From a virus: DNA of 64,000 nt. Location: the IMG/VR virus record IMGVR_UViG_3300027782_000036, one strand, 5' to 3'. Made by a program: the position numbers and the translations under genes. Below the pieces are notes generated by a model. The model was not told the DNA's origin. It saw only the letters and a list, made by a program, of their open reading frames with translations, and searched no databases. Below, one piece after another: positions 58,214 through 64,000 of this stretch (position 1 is the first letter of the stretch; each line of letters starts with the position of its first letter).

Positions 58214-58858
58214 ATGAAACTAATTAAAGAAGTATTCGACAAGGTTGACTTTATTACCGAAGAAAAAGACGGTAAGAAACAACTTTATATTCAAGGTCCT
58301 TTTCTCCAATGTGAGAAAAAGAATAGAAACGGCCGTGTATATCTTAAAGAAACCATGCGTAAAGAGGTTGAAAGATATACTGAAGAATATATTAACAAAA
58401 ATCGTGCCTTTGGAGAATTAGGTCATCCTGATACTCCTTCAATCAATCTAGACCGTGTATCTCACATGATTGTGGGTTTACATGAAGAAGGTAATGATTG
58501 GATTGGCAAAGCAAAAATTCTTGATACACCTTTTGGTACTATCGTCAAGAATCTTATCGATGGTGGTGCTCAATTAGGAGTTTCATCAAGAGGTATGGGT
58601 TCATTGAAGACGCAAAATGGTGTCAATGTAGTTCAAGATGATTTCTATCTAGCCACAGCGGCGGATATTGTCGCAGATCCATCTGCGCCGGATGCGTTTG
58701 TTCAAGGCATCATGGAAAATAAAGAATGGATGTTAGTAGATGGTGTGTGGACCGAGATGCATCAAGAGCAAGCAAAAACGTTGATTAAACGTGCTACTCA
58801 AAGAGATATCGAAGAAGTATCAATGCACATATTTAAGAACTTCATTAAAAAGTTATAA
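58214..58858 (+). CDS. gp21: Prohead protease gp21
   Basis: NRNGRVY, GELGHP, RVSH, GVSSRGMGS, DIVADPSAPDAFV. Confidence 0.96.
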   Translation: MKLIKEVFDKVDFITEEKDGKKQLYIQGPFLQCEKKNRNGRVYLKETMRKEVERYTEEYINKNRAFGELGHPDTPSINLDRVSHMIVGLHEEGNDWIGKAKILDTPFGTIVKNLIDGGAQLGVSSRGMGSLKTQNGVNVVQDDFYLATAADIVADPSAPDAFVQGIMENKEWMLVDGVWTEMHQEQAKTLIKRATQRDIEEVSMHIFKNFIKKL

Positions 58859-58861
58859 TAA

Positions 58862-58869
58862 CATAAATA
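58862..58869 (+). promoter_or_regulatory. Late promoter (CATAAATA) for gp22-gp23
   Basis: Intergenic NATAAATA. Confidence 0.7.
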
Positions 58870-58902
58870 AACAATATACAAAAAGTCCAAGGAGATTTTC
58901 AA

Positions 58903-60078
58903 ATGACTAAAAAACTTAAACTTTCGGAAGCCGCTGCTGACATCTTAGGTGGTAATGTTGCCGCTAAAAGATCAGGCCAGGATTCGTTCGGATTAGGTAA
59001 ATCACTTAACCCAGCTGGTGTTCAAGCAGGTCAAATAGATTTAGGTGCAGCTCATACTAAAACTACTGATGCTAACCCAGAATATACAAAAGGCGTTCCA
59101 TCTGCTACTGCTCCAGGTAAATCTGGTTTAGGTAAACAAACAGACGGTGTTGGTGCTACTAAATTATCAGGTCCTGCAGATTCAGAAGGTCAAGCAGTTG
59201 TAGATGGTGAGCAAGATGCTGATTCTTTAGAAACAATCGCTAATCGTAAACCAGGTAAAAAACCAACTCAAACAATGCAAGCAAATCCAGGTGCTCTTAC
59301 TACTGCTGAAGAATATGAATCAGATGAAGATACACTTGTTGAATTTGACATCACAGAAGACGTTGATGCACTTTTAGCAGGCGAAAATCTTTCAGAAGAA
59401 TTCAAAACAAAAGCTGCAGTAATTTTTGAAGCTGCTGTTAATGCTCGTGTTCAATCAATCTCAGAACAAGTTCAAGAAAAACTAGTTCAACAATTTGATG
59501 AAGAGTTTGATACATACAAACAAGAACTTGCAGAACGTGTTGACGATTATCTTAACTACGTTGTAGAGCAATTCATGGAAGAAAACAAATTAGCAGTTGA
59601 ACAAGGCTTACGTGCTGAAATCACAGAAAGCTTTATCAACGGTATGAAGAATTTATTCGAAGATCATTACATTGATATTCCTGAAGAAAAAGTTGACTTA
59701 GTTACAGAACTAGCAGACAAAGTAACTTCATTAGAAGATCAATTAAATGAACAGATCAATAAGTCTGTTGATTTGAATAAAGAGCTCAATGAGCATAAAA
59801 AAATGGAAGCTATTCACGCAGTATGTGAAGGCTTGACTCAAACCCAAGTAGAAAAAGTCGTGTCACTTGCAGAAGGTGTTGATTTTACTACTCAAGAAGA
59901 GTTTGTCGAGAAGTTGGAAATGATTAAAGAATCATATTTCCCTTCTAACGTAAAAGTGGCAGACAAATCTGAATTTTTAGATGAACAAGCATACACATCA
60001 GCACCGGAAGAAACTACAAAGTATGTAGATCCTGAAGTTGCTATGATTGCTAAATCAATTACAAAATTCACAAAATAA
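58903..60078 (+). CDS. gp22: Prohead core scaffold gp22
   Basis: LSEEFKTKAAVIFEAAV, VDDYLNYVVE, LFEDHYIDIPEEK, IKESYF. Confidence 0.92.
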   Translation: MTKKLKLSEAAADILGGNVAAKRSGQDSFGLGKSLNPAGVQAGQIDLGAAHTKTTDANPEYTKGVPSATAPGKSGLGKQTDGVGATKLSGPADSEGQAVVDGEQDADSLETIANRKPGKKPTQTMQANPGALTTAEEYESDEDTLVEFDITEDVDALLAGENLSEEFKTKAAVIFEAAVNARVQSISEQVQEKLVQQFDEEFDTYKQELAERVDDYLNYVVEQFMEENKLAVEQGLRAEITESFINGMKNLFEDHYIDIPEEKVDLVTELADKVTSLEDQLNEQINKSVDLNKELNEHKKMEAIHAVCEGLTQTQVEKVVSLAEGVDFTTQEEFVEKLEMIKESYFPSNVKVADKSEFLDEQAYTSAPEETTKYVDPEVAMIAKSITKFTK

Positions 60079-60109
60079 CAATAACAACTTTAACAAAAAA
60101 GGAAACAAA

Positions 60110-61459
60110 ATGTATCTTTCAGAAGACATTCAAAAAAAATGGGAGCCAGTTCTAGAACATCCAGAATTGGAGTCAATTAAAGACCCATACAAGAAAGCTG
60201 TTACTGCGATGATTCTTGAGAATCAATCACGTGCAATGCAAAACGACCGTGAACAACTCAATGAAACATTGACAGACAACGGTCCAACAAACCTTACTGG
60301 TGGTGTTAAGAACTACGACCCAATTTTAATTTCATTGGTTCGCCGTGCTTTACCTAACTTAATCGCTTATGATGTTGCTGGTGTTCAACCAATGACAGGT
60401 CCTACAGGTCTTATTTTCGCAATGAGAGCTAAATATAACGATCAAGCTGGTACAGAAGCATTCTTTAACGAAGCTAATACCATTTTCTCTGGTAACAATT
60501 CTATCAACAACCAATTTGGTTTTGGTGGTACTAACTCAACTGACGCTAATACAAACCCAGCTGCTTATGGTAACATTAACCAAACAACTAACGGTTCTAA
60601 CAACTTCACATCTGGTATCGGTATTTCAACAGCTCAAGCTGAAGTTTTAGGTTCTGAAGTTGGTGGTGTATTCAATCAAATGGCATTCTCAATTGAGAAA
60701 GTTTCTGTAACTGCTCAATCACGTGCTCTTAAAGCTGAATACTCATTAGAATTAGCACAAGACTTAAAAGCAATTCATGGTCTTGACGCTGAAACAGAGT
60801 TAAGTAACATTCTTTCAACAGAAATTCTTGCTGAAATCAACCGTGAAGTAATCAGAACGATCTACACAGTTGCTAAAGCAGGTGCTCAATACGGTACTCA
60901 AACTGCTGGTATTTTCAATCTTGACACAGACTCAAACGGTCGTTGGTCAGTTGAACGTTTCAAAGGTTTGATTTTCCAAATCGAAAGAGATGCTAACGTT
61001 ATTGCTAAGACAACTCGTAGAGGTAAAGGTAATGTTCTTATCGTTTCTTCTGATGTTGCTTCAGCTTTAGCAATGGCTGGTGTATTACAATATACTCCTG
61101 CTCTTTCTGCTGATCTTCAAGTTGACGATACTGGTAACACTTTTGCTGGTCTATTACATGGCCGCATCAAAGTGTATATCGATCCATACTTCGGTGGTTA
61201 TCAATCAAACAACGAGTTAGTAACAGTTGGCTATAAAGGTTCTTCACCTTATGATGCTGGTTTGTTCTATTGCCCATACGTTCCATTACAAATGGTTCGT
61301 GCAGTTGATCAATTCACATTCCAACCAAAAATCGGCTTCAAGACACGATATGGTATGGTAGCTAACCCATTTGCTGAAGGTACAGATGTAGGCAATGGTC
61401 GTTTAGTAACACGTTCTAACAACTACTATAGAATTTTCCAAGTTGCAAACTTAATGTAA
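60110..61459 (+). CDS. gp23: Major capsid protein gp23
   Basis: KWEPVL, LVRRALPNLIAYDVAGVQPMTGPTGLIFAMR, RALKAEYSLELAQDLKAIHGLDAE, FQPKIGFKTRYG; ATG at 60110 follows an AAGGA RBS. Confidence 0.97.
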   Translation: MYLSEDIQKKWEPVLEHPELESIKDPYKKAVTAMILENQSRAMQNDREQLNETLTDNGPTNLTGGVKNYDPILISLVRRALPNLIAYDVAGVQPMTGPTGLIFAMRAKYNDQAGTEAFFNEANTIFSGNNSINNQFGFGGTNSTDANTNPAAYGNINQTTNGSNNFTSGIGISTAQAEVLGSEVGGVFNQMAFSIEKVSVTAQSRALKAEYSLELAQDLKAIHGLDAETELSNILSTEILAEINREVIRTIYTVAKAGAQYGTQTAGIFNLDTDSNGRWSVERFKGLIFQIERDANVIAKTTRRGKGNVLIVSSDVASALAMAGVLQYTPALSADLQVDDTGNTFAGLLHGRIKVYIDPYFGGYQSNNELVTVGYKGSSPYDAGLFYCPYVPLQMVRAVDQFTFQPKIGFKTRYGMVANPFAEGTDVGNGRLVTRSNNYYRIFQVANLM

Positions 61460-61487
61460 TATTGGAAGTTTTAGTAATAGTCCTAAG

Positions 61488-61515
61488 AAAGGGAGAAGAA
61501 ATTCTCCCTTTTTTT
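61488..61515 (+). terminator. Intrinsic terminator after gp23
   Basis: AAAGGGAGAA-GAAA-TTCTCCCTTT hairpin with GNRA loop and a T7 tract. Confidence 0.9.
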
Positions 61516-61518
61516 ACG

Positions 61519-61526
61519 CCTAAATA
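61519..61526 (+). promoter_or_regulatory. Putative late promoter variant (CCTAAATA) for gp3
   Basis: TAAATA core directly after the terminator and before the AAGGAG RBS. Confidence 0.5.
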
Positions 61527-61546
61527 ATAGATACAAGGAGAAACAA

Positions 61547-62128
61547 ATGGCTGGACATAACGGCGCTTTAACAAGACAACCTGAAAATACAAATTTATTA
61601 CAAGTCACTAAGTATATAATGACATTACCACGTGTAAATAATGTTCAATATTTTTGTCAAGAAGCCAATTTACCTGGTGTTTCTATTTCTCAGATTGCAA
61701 GACAAACACCCATAGTTGATCTATGGTCACCTGGTAGTAAATTATCATATAATGAATTTGATGTAACATTTGTTATTGATGAAGATTTACGTGCTTGGAC
61801 AGATATCCATGATTGGATGAGAGGTCTTTCTGGTGGTGTTGATGATAATGAATGGTCTAATATGATGAGAAAATCAGCAGTATCACAAGATGCATCTGTT
61901 GAACAAAATAAAAATCCTAATGCCAGACCTTTTCCACAATACTCTGATGGTGTTTTAACACTATTGACTGGATTAAATAATCCAAAAATTCGTATTAAGT
62001 TTGCTCAAATGTTTCCAACTGATTTATCTGATATACAATTTGACTCAAAACTTTCTTCTGATACAATCCTTACGGCTACTGCCAAATTTAGATTTGACTA
62101 TTTTAATATAGAACGCTTGACAGGTTAA
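61547..62128 (+). CDS. gp3: Tail completion/tube terminator protein, gp3-like
   Basis: YFCQEANLPGVS, FVIDEDL...IHDWM, FPTDLSDIQF; position after gp23. Confidence 0.8.
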   Translation: MAGHNGALTRQPENTNLLQVTKYIMTLPRVNNVQYFCQEANLPGVSISQIARQTPIVDLWSPGSKLSYNEFDVTFVIDEDLRAWTDIHDWMRGLSGGVDDNEWSNMMRKSAVSQDASVEQNKNPNARPFPQYSDGVLTLLTGLNNPKIRIKFAQMFPTDLSDIQFDSKLSSDTILTATAKFRFDYFNIERLTG

Positions 62129-62145
62129 CATTTTTTTGTTATAAT
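62117..62145 (+). promoter_or_regulatory. Consensus sigma70 promoter TTGACA-17-TATAAT with extended -10 TG
   Basis: -35 at 62117-62122, TG at 62137-62138, -10 at 62140-62145, upstream of uvsY. Confidence 0.85.
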
Positions 62146-62175
62146 ATAAGCATTTAGCTTAATTGAGAGTTTATT

Positions 62176-62631
62176 ATGAGTGAAATATTACCACAATCAG
62201 AAATTGATTATGTTTTAGACCTTTGGAAAAAAGATTCTGAAATTGACCTTACCGAACCTAGTAGAGAAATCCTAAAGATTCCTAATCTACATAGTCGTTA
62301 TCTTACCATACTTACCAAAAACAAAGTAGCCTCTAAAAAGAAACTATTTGAATATAGTAAACTCAAGAAAATTAAATGGGAATACTACACAGGTAAAATG
62401 TCACAAGAAGATTTAGACAAGTATAATTGGGAACCATTCCGTTTTACTCTTAAATCTGATATCACTACTTACTTAGAATCAGATTCCCATTTAATTAAAC
62501 TCATGCAAGATAAAATGATTCACGATGAAATATGTGAAGCTTGCACTGCCATACTTAAAGAACTTAATAATAGAACTTGGCAACTTCGTGAGTATATGAC
62601 ACAAGAAAGATTTATAGCTGGTGCCAGATAA
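62176..62631 (+). CDS. uvsY: Recombination mediator UvsY
   Basis: WKKDSEID, IPNLHSRY, KWEYYTGK, NRTWQLR...RFIAG. Confidence 0.88.
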   Translation: MSEILPQSEIDYVLDLWKKDSEIDLTEPSREILKIPNLHSRYLTILTKNKVASKKKLFEYSKLKKIKWEYYTGKMSQEDLDKYNWEPFRFTLKSDITTYLESDSHLIKLMQDKMIHDEICEACTAILKELNNRTWQLREYMTQERFIAGAR

Positions 62632-63094
62632 AAAATCTAATCAAGCTAAAGGTAGAACTAGTTATGACGCTAACGTTGATAACAGTTTAGTCACGTTTTT
62701 TAATCGTAATGTATCTCCATATCCTACAGAAGTTGGTAGTCCTAAGTTTGATTTAATACCAATTGAAAAACAAAAAGATGTAATGGTTAATGTTGCTCGT
62801 TTACATGCTAAACAAGAATACAACAGAATTATGGACGTGGTTAAAGTATTACAAAGTCAAGCCTCTGAAATTAAAAAAAGATTAGACTTGACAGACATGG
62901 TTCATGGTGCTGTTTATGATTTTCAAATCTCTCATGGCCAAACTTATTGGTTATTATATGACAGTAGAATATTAAAAACTAGATTGTGTTTACAAGGTCC
63001 TGATGATTGGACAACCGGCAAACCAGAGAGTTATGAATATATCTGTCAGGTAAAATGGTTAGGTGATTACACTTGGATTGAAATAGATGACTGA
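62621..63094 (+). CDS. DUF2452-like hypothetical protein
   Basis: PYPTEVGSPKF, LQSQA, VHGAVYDFQISHGQTYWL, GPDDW pattern recalled for DUF2452. Confidence 0.5.
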   Translation: MPDKKSNQAKGRTSYDANVDNSLVTFFNRNVSPYPTEVGSPKFDLIPIEKQKDVMVNVARLHAKQEYNRIMDVVKVLQSQASEIKKRLDLTDMVHGAVYDFQISHGQTYWLLYDSRILKTRLCLQGPDDWTTGKPESYEYICQVKWLGDYTWIEIDD

Positions 63095-64000
63095 TAAATT
63101 AATCATTTCTAAAAAAGATGAAGTCTATGCTAAGGTAACTTGTGAGAAACATCACGCACAAGAGTTATCAGAGTTCTTTACATTCTTTGTTCCTGGACAC
63201 CAGTTCACACCAGCATTTAGAAATCGACTGTGGGACGGAAAAATAAGATTGTTCGATTTAAGATCGAATAGTTTGTATCTTGGTTTAATCCCTTATCTAC
63301 GTAATTTTTGTGAAGAAAGACAATACGATCTTGAATTTGACGAAACTGGTGCCGATCTTACTGATGATTATCCTGTTTATCATGGTGAAAAATTTGTTGC
63401 TGATTTAAAACTACAATCAGCTGGTAAAAATATTCAAGTTAGAGATTACCAACTTGATGCTTTCATTCAAGGTATGCGTCATAGACGCCAATTACTTTTA
63501 TCACCCACGGCATCTGGTAAATCATTAATCATTTATCTATTTGTTCGTCAATTCATTCAATATCAAAATCTTCGTGGTTTAATTATTGTTCCTACCACAT
63601 CACTTGTTGAACAACTCTATTCAGATTTTGATGACTATTCAAATGCTAATGGTTGGAATGTAGAAGATAATGTTCATCGAGTATATCAAGGTCGAGATAA
63701 ACAATCAGATAAAAATGTAGTCATATCTACTTGGCAATCTCTTTACACGTTACCAAAAGAATACTTTGAACAATATGATTATATAATTGGTGATGAAGCA
63801 CACCAATTTAAAGCATTATCACTCACCAAAATAATGACATCGTTATCCAAAACCAAATATCGTATTGGTTTAACTGGTACATTAGATGGTACCAAAACAC
63901 ACAAACTTGTATTAGAAGGTTTATTTGGACCTGTCCGTAAGGTCACATCAACAAAAGAATTGATTGATAAAGGTCAATTATCTGAATTTGAGATTAAATG
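63087..64000 (+). CDS. uvsW: UvsW SF2 DNA helicase (3'-truncated; not in the supplied ORF track)
   Basis: Manual translation from ATG 63087: MTDKLIISKKDEVY...FTFFVPG...WDGKIRLF...RDYQ...SPTASGKSLII...STWQS...GDEAH...GLTGT; open to the window end. Confidence 0.93.
   Translation, partial: MTDKLIISKKDEVYAKVTCEKHHAQELSEFFTFFVPGHQFTPAFRNRLWDGKIRLFDLRSNSLYLGLIPYLRNFCEERQYDLEFDETGADLTDDYPVYHGEKFVADLKLQSAGKNIQVRDYQLDAFIQGMRHRRQLLLSPTASGKSLIIYLFVRQFIQYQNLRGLIIVPTTSLVEQLYSDFDDYSNANGWNVEDNVHRVYQGRDKQSDKNVVISTWQSLYTLPKEYFEQYDYIIGDEAHQFKALSLTKIMTSLSKTKYRIGLTGTLDGTKTHKLVLEGLFGPVRKVTSTKELIDKGQLSEFEIK

Noticed and set aside
60047-60109. N-terminal extension of gp23 in the ORF track
   Set aside because: It overlaps gp22 and lacks an RBS; ATG 60110 has AAGGA and gives the typical gp23 N-terminus.
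50790-61459. Introns, inteins or homing endonucleases in terminase, sheath, portal or capsid genes
   Set aside because: All are uninterrupted and of normal length, with no splicing or endonuclease motifs seen.
1-64000. Stop-codon reassignment
   Set aside because: Core genes are full length in the standard code, and TAA, TAG and TGA all end genes at sensible positions.

Overview
This window is a 64-kb segment of a large, AT-rich T4-like myophage genome. All credible genes lie on the + strand and use the standard genetic code. The gene order matches aquatic T4-like phages: baseplate gp6-gp7-gp8, VrlC-like protein, gp13-gp23, gp3, uvsY, uvsW. Between the VrlC-like gene and neck gp13 is a ~33-kb accessory block (14639-47619). 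It holds two S74-chaperone fibres, four almost proline-free collagen-like fibres dominated by Gly-Ala-Thr/Gly-Ala-Ser (one is also an S74 fibre), three polyglycine + 7-blade RCC1 proteins and a DUF4376-like protein. Two glycosyltransferase/methyltransferase clusters bracket most of these genes, one led by a TPR + GT-B protein with FlmG-like architecture. Main hypothesis (inference): the phage builds a modular fibre/adhesin apparatus and O-glycosylates and methylates it with its own enzymes. Late promoters (NATAAATA), two sigma70-type promoters and two intrinsic terminators are visible. No tRNA, rRNA, CRISPR, intron/intein or transposase was recognised. Family assignments come from recognising motifs by eye, not from database searches.
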